Shown here piece by piece: positions 13,040 to 26,892 of a DNA stretch of 64,000 bases (position 1 is its first letter; every line of letters begins with the position of its first letter). The stretch spans positions 23,386,070 through 23,450,069 of the forward strand of contig NC_092671.1 of assembly GCF_964355755.1 (NCBI RefSeq), given 5' to 3'. The notes below the pieces were generated by a model. That model saw only the letters and a program-made list of their open reading frames with translations, was not told the DNA's origin and made no database searches. The stretch comes from Antedon mediterranea. Taxonomy: Eukaryota; Animalia; Echinodermata. The position numbers and the translations under genes are program-made.

Positions 13040-16000
13040 GTACGAGATTCACTGCGAGCGGTTGTGTTCTGGAAGAGCTCCCTAGGCCCGAATTTCACCT
13101 GATTGACTATTCTTGTTACCCGGGAATTTCAAACGTTCCCGGCGACGACAGTGTGAAGGCAGGGCGCACCCCTAGCCTAGGCATAGTGCAATATATTTTC
13201 AACTTGTATAAAGCGTTGGACTTCCATTTTAACTTTTATACTATATGGAGTACATTTTTTAATCATATATTATAAGAACCGACCCACAGTTTTATAGTCG
13301 CTGATTGAATTTTAAGCAATTTCACGCAGTGTTCAAATATTTTTCCGTTGTTTTCGTCTATCTTGATTTGTCGAGGGCCGTATCAAGATTATTTTACCAG
13401 TTATTTTCCAATTTTTTATGTTTGTTGACGATTTTTATGATAATATAAATGTTTTTTAAATACTTTAACTGTGCTGTGATGTCCTGTAAAAGTCGATTGT
13501 GATCATTTGCCTGTCAATGCTTGGACTCATCATCATTGTACACAGGATTCATATTTCGCTTGGATTTCTTTGCATTCAAGATGGTGAGCATAACTATTAT
13601 TTATATTTCTCATGTCCTTTTATCGCTCTTTTGGAGTCATAGTGTTGAGCAGCATGCCTACTTATCGCACAATTACTGTTCAAACAATCCGAGTATTATC
13701 AAGCAACACGACACTATTGTAGTTTATCATGTGATGGTGACATACACCCTAACCCAGGCCCTGTAAATCAGCATCAGGCACAGGAGCAGCAGCTGCGTTC
13801 ATCGAGTTCATCTATCAGTACTGCGTCAACTTTGAATTGTCTTAACATGAATGCCCGCAGTCTTCGGAACAAGACCATTCAATTACAAGCGTTTCTCTCT
13901 ATTCAAAACATTGATATTTTAGCAATAACTGAATCCTGGCTTACATCAGAAGATTTGACATCTTCACTGGGCATTCCTCAAGATTATATGGTGATCAGAA
14001 AGGACAGACCCAACAAGAAAGGAGGCGGTGTATTTGCAGCAATAAAGAACGAACTGAATCCAATTCATTGTCATTTGCTGGACTCTGGTCCTCATGAAGT
14101 TATATGTTTTTCTATTTCGATTGACAATTATAAGATGCTTTTCGCTGTTTGTTACTGCCCACCGAACTCTCCAGTGTCCTTCTGGAATGACTTTAGTAAC
14201 AATTTTCTTCTGCCTTTATTACCTCACTTACCAAAGTATGATGATATTTATATTGTTGGGGATTTTAATTTAAATTGGAAACTTAAACATACGATACCTA
14301 CCATTTTTCTTGACACTATGAATGCTTTAAATTGTACTCAGCTTGTTGAGGAAATCACTAGGCCTAATCATTTGGTCCCATCATCTGGTACAATAATTGA
14401 TCTTGTTTTTTCAAACAGGCCAGACCGTTTAATTTCACTTGATGTCATTGATAACCCAGTGATCAGTGATCACCATGCAGTTTCCTTTAATGTATTACTT
14501 ACCAAACCGTATTCTAAATTGTTGGTATGTAATTTTCTTGCTTACCACAAAACTGATATTGACCATCTAAAAAAACTTGTCCACCTTGCCCCATGGAATG
14601 TCTTCATGGATGAAAACTCAGTTGACAACTCATGGGATGGATTTCTGGATATTTTTACAGCTATTGTCCGTGACTCAGTTCCGTTGAAATCACGCAAGCA
14701 GCGGAAACATTCCCCATGGGTTACCAATGACATCAAGCAATTTATCAATATAAAGCATAGACTGTTCAGAAAAGCTAAACGTATTGGTTCTGTATCTGCA
14801 TGGGATGACTATAAGTCTATTCGTAATAAGGTTAAGCGTCTATGCAATAAGTCGTATTATTCATATGTCAACAAATTATTTACAAGTGACTCTACTCGTA
14901 AAGCTTTCTGGCGTTTTGTTAGAGAACGTAGAAGATCACCAGCACCGTTATCTTTTAATATTAACGGTGTGAATGTTTCGTCACACCCTTTAATTGCTAG
15001 TTCATTTAATGATTTTTTTGTTTCTGTTTTTAACCCACCCATAATTCCCAGCTGTGAACCTTAACTTAACGTCTACAATGTTGAGAAGGTGATTAATGGA
15101 CTTTCATCTAATAAATCTCCAGGTCCTGATTCCGTGCATCCATACATATTGAAATCTGCTTCCGAATTTATTGCTCCACCATTATTTAATTTCTTTAACT
15201 TGTCCCTGCGTATGGGGGAAATCCCCGCTAAGTAGAAAATGTCCCATATCACTCCTATATTTAAATCTGGTGGTAAAAATGCAATTTGTAATTACAGACC
15301 AATATCCCTTACCCCTATTTGTTCGAAACTGCTTGAAAAAATACTGTTTTCAAGTATATCTGATCACGTTGCTTATAATTGTCCAGTTACTGATGTCCAG
15401 CACGGTTTTTTCCCCTCACGTTCCTGTGTTACCCAACTTACCAACCTAACTCATTCCTGGGCATCTTCGCTAGATAAAACTAAAGCCCCCAGAATTGATG
15501 TTATCTTTCTCGACTATGCCAAAGCGTTTGATAAACTGCCTCACCATATTATTTTAAATAAGCTGGCTAGTCACTTTAATATCAGAGGCAATGTCTGGAA
15601 ATGGATCAAGTCATTTCTATTGGGACGTTCCCAAAGAGTCTTGTATCAAGGATCCATTAGCCCATCATCCCCAGTTACCTCTGGCATACCACAGGGCAGC
15701 GTACTTGGACCCCTTATTTTTAACTTATTTATAAATGACCTTCCCTCATCTATTATTTCTCCATGTGCATTGTTTGCCGATGACACGATAATTTATAGAA
15801 ATATATTTACTGTAGACGATGAAGTTGTTCTTCAGTGCGATCTGATCAGGCTTTCCTCTTGGTGTGATCTAAATGAAATGGAGCTTAACTTAAATAAAAC
15901 CAAGGTTCTCCACATTACAAGATCAAGGAAAGAGTATAGACCTGTTTATCGTATAAATGACTTGCCTATTAAATCCGTATCTAGTCATTGTCATCTGGGG

Positions 16001-16810
16001 GTCACGATTAATAGTGAACTTAATTATTTCTCGTTCAAATCGAATGTTGGGTTTTATTACTAGTATTGCAGGAGGATCATCCCCTTCAGCTATTTTTTCA
16101 CTCTATAAAGCTCTCATTGTCCCCATCCTTGAATATGGTGTCCCAGCGTGGTTGCCTCGAACCAAAAAACTTACGGAACGTATCGAGGCAGTCCAGCGAA
16201 GGGCTACTAGGCTTGTCCTTAAACAAACAAGAGGTGAAATGGAATACGAGGAACGTCTCACTAAGCTAAATTGGCCTACACTATCTAATCGAAGAAATTA
16301 TCTTCTGTTATCCTTTGTTTGTAAATCACTTATTGGAACGGTTGATTGTAGTAGTGTTCGTCAATCTATAGTTGTTAATAGCCGTCACCTTGATATACTT
16401 AAGTTCACTCATCACTATGCTCGAACCAATTGTCTTCATCATTCCGCTATTAATATATTCCCTAGGTTGTGGGAAGAATTACCGGAAATGATTAAAAATT
16501 CTTTAATTTTAGACAGTTTTCAAATATTTTTAAATTCACTTAAATCACATGTTTTATATTGACTTTGTTGAATCGACTATTATGTGTTTTATCCGTTTAT
16601 TTTATATTGACACTGTTGATTCGTTTTTTTGTTTTTTAAATATTTTTATATAGTTTATTTTATATTATTGTTGTTACTTTGGGAGTACGGAACCTGAACT
16701 CTTGTTATAGTGATTAGGTTCACTTTTAGGTTCCTGCCTACTCCCTTAGTTTCTGTGTTTTGTTTGTTTGTAACTGGTTTTTGGCAATAAATAATAATAA
16801 TAATAATAAT
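13040..16810 (+). mobile_element. Near full-length CR1/L2-group LINE with (AAT)n tail
   Basis: APE endonuclease, RT and C-terminal region are colinear; AATAAATAATAAT tail at 16786-16810. Confidence 0.93.
13649..16562 (+). pseudogene. LINE ORF2: 2A-like leader + APE endonuclease + reverse transcriptase (disrupted)
   Basis: NARSL, ITESWL, VGDFN, IDLVF and SDH (APE); YRPISL, KAFD, GIPQGSVLGP and FADD (RT). In-frame stops at 15062 and 15233, frameshift/deletion near 16025. Confidence 0.93.
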
Positions 16811-16843
16811 GATTGTACATTTTGGCTGTCTCTACAAATGCGA

Positions 16844-16909
16844 CTTACTGTATGTCCTTACTGTATGTCCTTACTGTATGTCCTTACTGTATGTCCTTAC
16901 TGTATGTCC
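16844..16909 (+). repeat. 13-bp minisatellite (TTACTGTATGTCC) x5
   Basis: Perfect tandem copies. Confidence 0.95.
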
Positions 16910-17659
16910 GATTTCCCTTGCATGTGCCACATTTTGTTTTAATTAATTCTAAAAGCAAGCAATTTAAAATAAAAATTTGTGGAGTCATCGCACGACAAAC
17001 GTCGCATACACGTACGTTAGAAAATGCGAACAGAAAAAGATTACACCATTATGACCTGAAGAAAATAATATGTTGTTTGTGCTAAATTCTGTCTCTTTTG
17101 TGTCCTACAGTATACTATACAGTGTAGCATAGGTAAAATTAAATTGATGAATAATTTTTTTGTATTTAATACTATACATACAGTTTAGCATAGGTAAAAC
17201 TAAATTACGGGACCAGCTTTTTATTCAAATTTTTAACATGATGACATCATCAATAGGAAACATGAAGATAGAAATTTTAGAAGAAAATAATCTGAGCATT
17301 ATTAAAATTGAGATGCACGCTCTTTTAAATGTGATGAACTATAATTGCAAAAGATGAAACTACATTAAAATATTTGTAACCATGCGAAAGATAAATGATT
17401 CAACAAAAAAAAAAATTAAAATCTTGAGGAAATTGAGGTACAGTAAAGCATAGATGCGCTCTTTTAAATGTGATGAGCTATAACGACAAAGAGACAAATA
17501 TCCAATTTTTTACATTCTGGTGGCCTTACGATGACGTCATAACATCCAACAGGTAACAATTTTGAATGAATTCATATCTACAACTTATCTGCTTGCATAA
17601 TAAGTTAAAACATTTTGGGTCCACGGTTGATCCTGAGGAGCTATAATAGATTCAAAATA

Positions 17660-18460
17660 CTGTATATTTCGGTGTATAATTCGCACTTTTGACACGCAAA
17701 TTTGACCTCTAAATTAAGGGTGCGTCTTATACACCGAACATAAATGCCTCACCACACAGATTGTACATAATCGTCACCTTGTTGGCGCGGCTAGCCTAGG
17801 CCTGAGTAGGCCTAGGCTAGCTACAGAGTGTACTAACGTAACGGCAACCTGCTTCTGCCTAGTTTTCAAGGCAGGATTTTTAGCGTGATGTTATACTAAA
17901 TTTGATGAAAAGATTTGTTCATTATAGAGCTGTTTTTGGCGCTCCGATGAAATTTCATTTGTAAACGTTTACGATTGGAATGTATTTATTTATAGTTATA
18001 CGCACGATCGCCGACCGCACTACCCCTAGCCTAGCGCAAGTCCTTCTTGGTGGCGACCACATGGTCTATGGTATTTTACACTTCTCGGATACATAGATAC
18101 TAATCGAATACGATTGTCCGTGAAAACGTGCGCCCTCTCGAAATGATCGAGCGAGGCTAGCCCACACACGGTCGTGCACTCGATGTTGTGGGTGCGAAAC
18201 TCATGAATAACAAGTTAGAAAGAACTTGTTGAGGCTGGGCGCGACCGAGCCTAGGTAAGAAAAAACCTAAATAAAGACTCCGTTGTAGATATAACAAAAT
18301 ATATTATTACAATAATATTGATTACAATTTAAAAAAACATTGTTTTGATGAAATATAAAGTGCGTCTTATACATCGACGATATAAAAAATACCGATATTT
18401 TACTCTCAGTTAGGGGGTGCATCTTATACACAGGTGCGACTTATACACCAAAATATACGG
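17660..18460 (+). mobile_element. Tc1/mariner (Tc2-like) MITE
   Basis: TA + C(T)GTATATTTCGGTGTATAA ... TTATACACCAAAATATACGG + TA; paralogue inverted at 45515-46375. Confidence 0.9.
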
Positions 18461-18883
18461 TAGGCATAATTTTGACAATATTTTGTAGTTTTGACAACTT
18501 TTTCAACTAAATTGCGGGCAAATTGTCTAATTCAACATGTTTGTGTGACATGATTTAAAGCGGAATTAGGAGGTGCACAACTTCACACAATGGCTAGTTA
18601 GCATGATCCAATATTTACAACCCATCACCTTCCAGAAAATGTAATAAAAATAAATTTCACCGTTTAGTTTAGAGACATCATAATTTTTTCATAAAAAACA
18701 TGCACGATTTGTTTAATTCGACGTGCTCGTATGACGATAGTCGAAATAGTTTCAAATTAGGTAAAAATACATAATTCATGCCAAAAAATTATGTTTTTTA
18801 ACGCTACATGCGCACTGCGTTAAAAAAATTAGGTCAACACAAAGGGTCCAAATCAACGTGTTTGTATGACATTTTAATTTGAA

Positions 18884-19304
18884 ACTAGAGGGTACTCCGA
18901 GAGTACAAACCTCTGCCTACTGTAAAATTGCCCTACATAAAATGTCCCTGGAAAATATAGATATTAAAAAAAAAATTTTTTTTTTTTAGTTCTAAGTGTA
19001 AATAAAAAAATCTTTTGAACCTTGATCTTTGACCCTGATCCTTCAAAATTTAACCACAATTATATGATGAGTCATTGATCATTGTGGCTAAGTTTGTTGA
19101 GAATCGGATAAAAACTGTGGTCTCTAGGCAGTAAAATAGTTTTTTGTTAGTTGTGACCTTGTCCCCTCAAATTCTAACTCGTCCAAGCTTTTGGGGCAAG
19201 ATCATTGTGACCACATTTGGTAAGAATCAGATAAAAACTGTGGCCTCCAGTGACACACACACGCACACACACACAAACATACAGGGGTGAAAATATAGAG
19301 GTAA
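18884..19304 (-). mobile_element. Short HINE (CCTCCGCC family), lacking the tRNA-like segment
   Basis: Reverse complement of 51936-52558: ACTAG end, GTACTC.GAGTAC hairpin, (CA)n tract. Confidence 0.8.
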
Positions 19305-19994
19305 TGATGTCAATCTTTTTAAAAATGACTTGAGAAAAAAAAAATGTTCATACTCTGTATACTCACGCGCAGGAATTTTTGACATGCCCAAAATGTCATG
19401 ATCAGCGTAGAAATTTGATTAGAAAATAATTTTGCGCAATTTTAAATTGTAAATGCGCGTGCACGCGTAACTTTTTGTGAAACATGCTATTTTTAATCTA
19501 CAGAAAGTTTAACCTTGATATGACTTAAATTTTCACGAAGTGTCAATAAAAAATTACGCTTGGTTTTTAATCTAAGATCATTCATAATCGCGGGAAAGTC
19601 ACGTTGCGCAACTATGACGTCTTTAAAAAATAGAAGGTGCACAACTCGTAAATGTCCATATGTTAGAAAAGTTATGAATTGTTATGTTTACCCATTTTAG
19701 AGATACGCGATACACAAAAAATGAGGGAGAAAGACGGAAGAATAATACTAGATTTTACAAGTTCGAGTTATCCGCGCAAACGCAACATGCACATACGTTA
19801 ATGCGTGTGATTAGACTCTGTCCCTCTTTGGGAATTTTATGGGTATAGCGTGGTATGCAGTTTCCATCTCTGTTTATGACTTTGATTTGAAATCACTTTG
19901 TTGCTAACTTTAATTTTAGGTATATCCTCATCTCATCTTAAAAGAAAATGTTCTTTATTTATATATTAACAATTTTTTTTGCATTTGTTTGCAG

Positions 19995-20060
19995 ACATCA
20001 GTTAAAATGAAGTTATTGTGTTCTCAAATTATAAAGGATATCATAGGTGAATCAATGGAT
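19995..20060 (+). CDS. COMMD4: COMMD4 coding exon (TSVKMKLLCSQIIKDIIGESMD)
   Basis: tttgcag acceptor, gtaagt donor, 66 bp, phase 0. Continues the conserved SVK.KLLC.Q motif. Confidence 0.93.
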
Positions 20061-20399
20061 GTAAGTTTGCTTTGTGTTAATTTTTAGTTGAGGTTCTTCT
20101 AGTTGGCAAATCAGCTTCATATTGGTAAAAAGAAACATGTTGGCACACATGGCTTAAACTGTTTTACTGACTCCAATAAACAAAGACAAATATTCCTACT
20201 GTATAATCAGTAAAGTGAAAGGTTTGTGGGGCTGTTTCAAAATTGCTCTGTGTAACACGGTGCTCTGCGTTAGTTTGTGCCTGTACAGTCCTGTCTTTTT
20301 TTGCAGAAAAAAGAAAGAAGCCCATCTTAAAAAAGGGCTTTTTTTCAAGGGTTTACATACATAACACAATATTTAAAATTGCCAACTTTTGTTTTACAG

Positions 20400-20439
20400 T
20401 ATGAAAAGGTTTACAAGTTTACATCAGATGCTAAATATG
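20400..20439 (+). CDS. COMMD4: COMMD4 coding exon (YEKVYKFTSDAKY)
   Basis: ttttacag acceptor, gtgagt donor, 40 bp. Ends in phase 1, matching the next exon. Confidence 0.92.
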
Positions 20440-21366
20440 GTGAGTCAATATTTGTCTTACAACCGATGCAGTATTATGAAGTTTTCAATAAATCCACCAC
20501 ACTTTATAGATCTAAAAAACGGTGGTAGCAGTTATGTTTTAACTTGGCCAGCAGATGCACGTATATATTTAGTTGTGCAACAAACTTTGGTTTAATGAAA
20601 ATATGGTCGCATAGCGTAACTACGCGCGATTTTCTGAAATTCTTGATTGAAAACCAATAGATATTTTTAAATACCACTTGACACACGTATGTTTCATGTC
20701 AAGGGTCCTCTTCCTGTATCATCAGCAAAAATGTTAAACCTTTTTTGCGTTGCGCGCGCGCTTTTACGCACTTAGCCCCTATGCAGCCTAGAAAGCCCGT
20801 TTTTTAGCTTGATTGTTCTATATATTTTTGTGATACATTTCTTTCATATTTGATGAATTATGAATGTAAAATAATGACACACATCCACGTCAAACTTAAA
20901 CAATTGTGTGCCTGAAAATGGTTAATTTTATGCAAATTTCGGGTAAAATAAGCCTATTTATTTTGAATCGATTATAGCTCTTCAGGATAGCTGGTGACCC
21001 CCTATTTTTTTAACTTATTATAAAGCGCAATGAGTTGTAGATATGAATTCATGTGAAATTTAGATCATAAATATGTTATGACGTCATAATGTGGCCAATT
21101 TTAAAAATTGGATTTTTATCTCTATCGACACAGTTCGTCACATTCAATAGAGCGCATACCGCGTAAACGTTATCAATTTTCTTCCAATTTTCAATATTCT
21201 AATTACCAAAATAGCCTGGGTGCAGAACAGTTAATATACACATTTGCGGGAAAAAAGTATAGGAAAATTGTTGTTTTGTTTTTCTGATAGAGTATACCAT
21301 ATAGAATGTCAGAAAAAAAATCCCCATTAAAAAAAATTTTTTACGGCACTTTTAAATTTTTGCCTA

Positions 21367-22270
21367 CCGTATTTTCCGGAGTATACTGTAGGTCGAGACT
21401 TTGTGGGAAAATTTTAATTGCAAAATCGGGGGGTCGACTTATACTCCGACCATGCGATTTAAAAAAAAAATCAGGCCGAAAAAATATGTTCAAAAGCCGT
21501 CAGCTGTCAAGGCCCAGCAAGGTCAGTGGCCTATCATCAATCACTCACAGAAGTTTTCAATTTAATACCTACATTGTACAAAATAATACAACTCCAACAA
21601 GTACTGGTCAATAAAATATTAATATATCACAATGACTCATTTTGATGTTAATATTACACTTGTAAGATAATTAAGAATAAATAGTTTTCTTTATGCTTCT
21701 TATTCACTCTCGCGAAAACATCGTAACACCACCACAGACGTCGGAATGTCCATGCAGCATGTTTGTTATTGCGTGATATTTTCATCTATACACATGCGCA
21801 GTTTGTTTGTTTGTTCATAATTACAATTACTGCGCATGTCTATTCATAAAATAAATTCTCCTTAGTCGGGCACGTGTACATTTACAGATAACGCGATTTA
21901 CAACTACTCGCCTGTACAATTAATAAGCCTCCTAACGGAAAACTTGTTTTAATTTATTCGAGTGACGCGAAAAACATCGCTGATGGCAAGTAACGCTACA
22001 TCGCTGTCATTTATTATAGGCTGGTGAAGACGGCGGCGAAGTCGTCGTCATTATGTCCGTCCGATATTGATTAGGCCTACACTTTAATAATATAAACAAA
22101 CAACCACATTTCATACATTTCTAGCCCTCTTTGAACTTTAAAGTAAGTTGTGTTATTAGCCGATTTTGGGGGTCGACTTATATTCAGGTCATACCAAAAT
22201 CAACGATATTCTAGGCCAAAGTTGGGGGTCGACTTATACTTGGGGTCGACCTATACTCCGGAAAATACGG
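21367..22270. mobile_element. Tc1/mariner (Tc2-like) MITE, second family
   Basis: TA + CCGTATTTTCCGGAGTAT ... ATACTCCGGAAAATACGG + TA, with subterminal GGGGTCGACTTATA repeats. Confidence 0.9.
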
Positions 22271-22904
22271 TATATAACGCACAAAAATTCCTATTAACAC
22301 ACACAAATACCTATATATAGGGGATAGGGAAAATCAATTAACGGTTTTTGTTACTTGCAGTTGTGTTTTAATGATTGAAATTAGTAGAGGCTTACTTTAA
22401 TAACTACTTCTTATAGTAGTTGATGAATCAAGTCGATACGATGACATCATCATGCCAGAATCCAATATGGTGTCCAATTTGGCGGGAAAAACAGGGTATT
22501 GCTAAATCCCCGCAAACCTCCAAAAAAACAAACAAACTCTTTACACTTTAATTTGAAAGGGTCATCATTTTCAAACAATTAAATAAACGTGAGTGGTGTA
22601 AAATAAAAAATAACCGTCAACTAAACCGTTTACAATGCTAATAGTAATACCGTCAACTGTTGACACTTATTGACGATTTTGATCTATTCCAGCTGTTCGT
22701 TACAATCGTAGTGCAGCCTATTATATACTAAGCATAATAAATAACATGTGCGTGTTACGATGCGTTGGGCGATAGCCTAACTCGTCAATGTAACAAGTTC
22801 AAATCTAGTTATTTTCTTGTCTTCATTAAGCCGACAAAGTTATTAACTGGCATCAAAACAATTGAGGTTTAATTTCACTTGCTCAGTCATTATTGATGAC
22901 TGAC

Positions 22905-23219
22905 CTCAACATACAGATACAGATAAACTTTATTTCATCCTTCACAGGAAATTGAAAGGTTTAAGAATACAATAATAATGAAATTGAGAAACAAAAACAA
23001 ATTAAGACAAATTATCTCTCATTATAATATTGTATCTCAGTAGAAATAAACAAATGTTTATATCGGTTTGTATGTGTCAGAGAGTCTACTGCTCTGTTAA
23101 ATAAATCTGTGAACGATAACAAGATTCAGGGGATGGAATGGATCTGCCACAACTTTAGCAATTTTCATTGTCACCCTCTCCTGGTAGACCATGTCAACCA
23201 TCACCAACTAACCGCCTAA
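22905..23219 (-). mobile_element. LINE 3' end (Rex/Babar-like); host of the 15.5-kb insertion, resumes at 38710
   Basis: (TCTGTA)n-like tail and the motif IAKVVADPFHPL. The reading continues across the TAA duplication into 38710-38760. Confidence 0.55.
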
Positions 23220-24199
23220 GGCGTCGTGTCCAAATGTTTCCAAACGTACAAACCGCGTCAAACGGTCACCGTTGATATCTTGATCGTTTGCCGCGTGTAA
23301 CGATTGTAAAAGAGCTAATTAAATTATGCATTTAGTATTGTACCGCCCATCGTAAACGTCGTTGGTTTTATTATGCCTACGTACTGCTGCTGCCGTAGAT
23401 TGTGTAAACAATGTCTAGGCCTAGCTGCCTTTCGCCTACTGCTTTATCGTCAACATTCAAGAACCGTAGAAAAGTTAATGTTATAAAACACAGAATGTTT
23501 TAATAAATATTATTATTACAGTATAGATTGACTAATTACTCACACATTCTATAAAGTGTAAAAGTACAAAATGAATTACTTTTTTAAAAATACTGTCAAC
23601 CTACGTGATGTTCACATTTATAGGCCTAGGCCGGCTAGATCGACTCGATTGTCTGCCAGTCCCATATGCAGAGATGATGACGTCACCAACTTTTTGCCGA
23701 GTGCTACATACCCAGTACGTTTTGATCGTACGATTAATCGGGAAACCACCTTACGTCGGCACTTTTTTCTACGGCGCCGTGAGGCTGTGTGTAAATAACA
23801 TTTTTAGGTTAATTAAATGCATTTAATGTAATATTTGTTATGATTGTGTTTCAAAGTCTACAATAATAATTTAAAATATTTTAACTGTGTTCATGCAATC
23901 CGAGTATGAATCTCTTATCCATAATTTTCGCTAAATGTCATATTCTTGATCATACAGTTTTATTCTGTCATATTATTTTGTCCTTCAAGTTTAATGCATT
24001 GCTAATTTACCAAAAGATATTATAGAATGTCAAGTAGTACTGGTAAAAAATGTCAATAATTATTTTGAACAAACAAAAAAAAACAATTAAAAATCGATAT
24101 TTATATTTGTTACGATTTATTTATTAAAGAATATTGATTAAGTATTCTCTATGTACAATCGTAAGTCATGCATATGCATCTACCATACTACATTACAAT

Positions 24200-26876
24200 A
24201 TTTGTTGTCCTGGGTGATATTTTCTGCGATGAGCAGTGACGTCAGAATTGTTAAAAAGCGTATACGCAAGACAAATCAAACATTTACCTAAGTCACCATG
24301 TGGCATCGCGTTGTCGGTTGTGTCCCAAGATTCAAATTATAAAACATCATGGAAACTATAGAAATTGTCCGCATTTTCTTCGAGCATTGGCGATGGAAAT
24401 CCTCCGTTAACTCTTATTTTGTCCATAGCTTCTTTCGCAATTACTGGGTATGTGGTACAATGGCTACAATCGTCGTCACTACATTTATAAAATGCCGTAA
24501 ATCCCTTTCGCCTGTCAATATGTTTCAGCATGAATCTTACCTCATCAACAATGTCACTTTCTTTAAACTTTTTTCCACTGTTAGATGACATTATCTCATA
24601 GCAGTGTTTAAAGTCACTATATGGAGTTTCTTCTTGACCGGAAACAATGAATGACGTTTGAATTTCATTACCAGCAAAACTTAATCCACCCCAGTAATCA
24701 CGACATAGCAGCGTCGTACACACGATGTATTTTGTTCTGACGTTCATCGTCTGAAAGGTCCGGTTGATCCCATGGTGATTTCTCCTCGCTGTCTAGTTTA
24801 TCGGGAAGTGAAACGGAGGCTAGTGATTGGGTACATACACCCCAGACGTGCTCAATAGCATTTAGCGCTGATTGTCCTGGCGCGTGGCAAGTATGATAAG
24901 TGCATCAATTCACGTGTCTTTGTAAAGTCTACAATAGTACAATAAATTTGTGTTATGTTCAGTATTAAAATCACATCCCCCATCTGTAATTATTGTCACA
25001 ATAGTTTTGCGTGTCCTCTTTAATCATTGGTAGAAGGTCATTTACATGAGATGCAACATCACATTTGGTTTTGGGACCCCTTAAAAGAATGCGGGTTGGC
25101 CCATTTCGCTGAACACGGAGTTAAAATCCGCCATGCTTATCAGAAGACGCTTGAGGTGGGTCATGAGGAGTAAGTTTTAAATATCCACACGGTGTGAGTA
25201 GACTTCCATTTCGCGAAGGAAAGTCGTGGTCCAAGTAGTTGGGTCTGTCGTTTGTCGGAAAGAATTTGCGAATCTTTGTTCTTCTGTCGACGGCAAGTAC
25301 ATCTGTTCCTGTAAGAGAAGAAAACAAAATGTCCAGTATTAGAAAAACTTATTTCACTAGCAGTAAAAAGTTTGGAAAGGCCTATATTAGCTAAGTATAA
25401 TTGCGAAACGAGTAATCTTTACTTTGGTATTTAACTTCACAATAAAATTTAATGACAAAAACCAAGAAGATCAACGTTTCGGAACCATCATGGAACTATT
25501 TTCAAAAAAAGTGTCCGTCCGTAAAATAGGTTTTGGATAATTAAAAAATTTTTTTTTAAATCTTTGAGATATTGTACAACAATATGACTAAATTTAGTTT
25601 ACTAATACAAATAATGTATGGTCTAGTCTTACTTTCCTAGATAGAAATTGTACTCAAATCTGTCTTGACCGTTCGTAACATATTATTTTCGTTGTTCTAT
25701 TTTTAGCAACAGGATTTTTTGACACAAATTTTTTTTATACTTGCATAAAAAACATACAAAGAATTTAAACCTTCTTCCAGAACATTTTTATCAATTGATA
25801 AAGTCAAATGTTTTTGGAAAGTGTCCGTCCGTAATGTTGGATAACACTCTAAATAAAAAAAGGTACATAATATGAGAAGTTGACAAAAAAAATAAGAGAA
25901 AGTTAAGGTCGTACAGAGTCTGGCTACTAATACAAAAGACGGAAATTTGAGCAGCACAAGACGAAAAAAGCAATAAGAAAAAAATAGTTGTCAATTGAAT
26001 AAAGAACACAATTTCGTGGGTATAATGCGTTTTTTAAATTGAAAGGCATATTTAACTCTTGCATTGTAAAAATGACCATTGTCGTTGGGTTTCATACGGC
26101 TGTTTTCTTTTCTTGGTACTTTAGCATCAATATAGCCTTTATATCGCGATGCATTTTGTCTTCCCTCATGTGGGCACTTAAGCATTCGGTGAACAGTGTT
26201 TATACCTGAAATTTTTTTTTAATAAACGATTATACAGAAAAGTGTATTTCCAAGCACATTATAGAAATTCAAGACAATAAAACATACGTCTGTCCCAGTT
26301 TTGATGACACATTATTTAAAACTAGATTTGCATATTTTTTTTCGTATATTGTTAATACATCATTTACACGCACTTAAATATAATGTAGGCCTACTTTACT
26401 GAATCTGGGGTGATCCTCTTTCAGGTTGTCAACCTCGCGTAAAATGTGCGATTGCAGGAGCTTTAGACTAGTGCCGTAGTTGCCAGTAGTATTCGTCGTC
26501 CATGCGCTTCAAAACCACTACTTTCGACAAAGTTTTTGGCAACTTGAATTATGTTCGGAAATTTGGATACAATCAACGGTCTCCCGCGTTTTGCCTGTGT
26601 TGCTCTTTCAAGATGTTGTCTTTTACGACATAAATAGTTACCAGAACATAAATTTGATTTTGGATTCCACATTGTTAAAAAATAAATGTTGACTCTGTAT
26701 AAAATTACTGAGAAATGACCATATAATTTTCTATTGGGCTTGCATACATACGAAACTAGATACGCCCAGCTATTTGCTCCAAAATAGTCTGAATATAGAC
26801 AATCGAAGCTGGATACGCCTAAATTTTTTTCAAACAAGTCTGTTTCTTTTGTATTATTGTTATTTGCAAAACTCAT
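24200..26876 (-). pseudogene. Decayed, intron-containing Zator-like DDE transposase with C-terminal Cys/His motifs
   Basis: In order: KRGRP, GFEAHGRR, RYKGYIDAKV, VLYSIDN (~25990), YLDHDFP..LTPCGY, ITDGGCDF (~24980), HAPGQSALNAIEHVW (~24850), CSDDDCSHC, CLIC..H...H. Stops and frameshifts present; putative introns ~26207-26399 and ~25309-25985. Confidence 0.7.
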
Positions 26877-26892
26877 CGTGTTTTATTATGAG

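Larger units (their letters stand above)
16990..19745 (-). mobile_element. Diverged copy of the long HINE family (cf. 33982-37134) carrying two nested insertions
   Basis: Shared blocks GATGCGCTC..TAAATGTGATGA, ATGACGTCA, TTTTGCGCA and GAGATACG.GA.ACAAAAA, in the same order as in 34000-37000. Confidence 0.7.
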
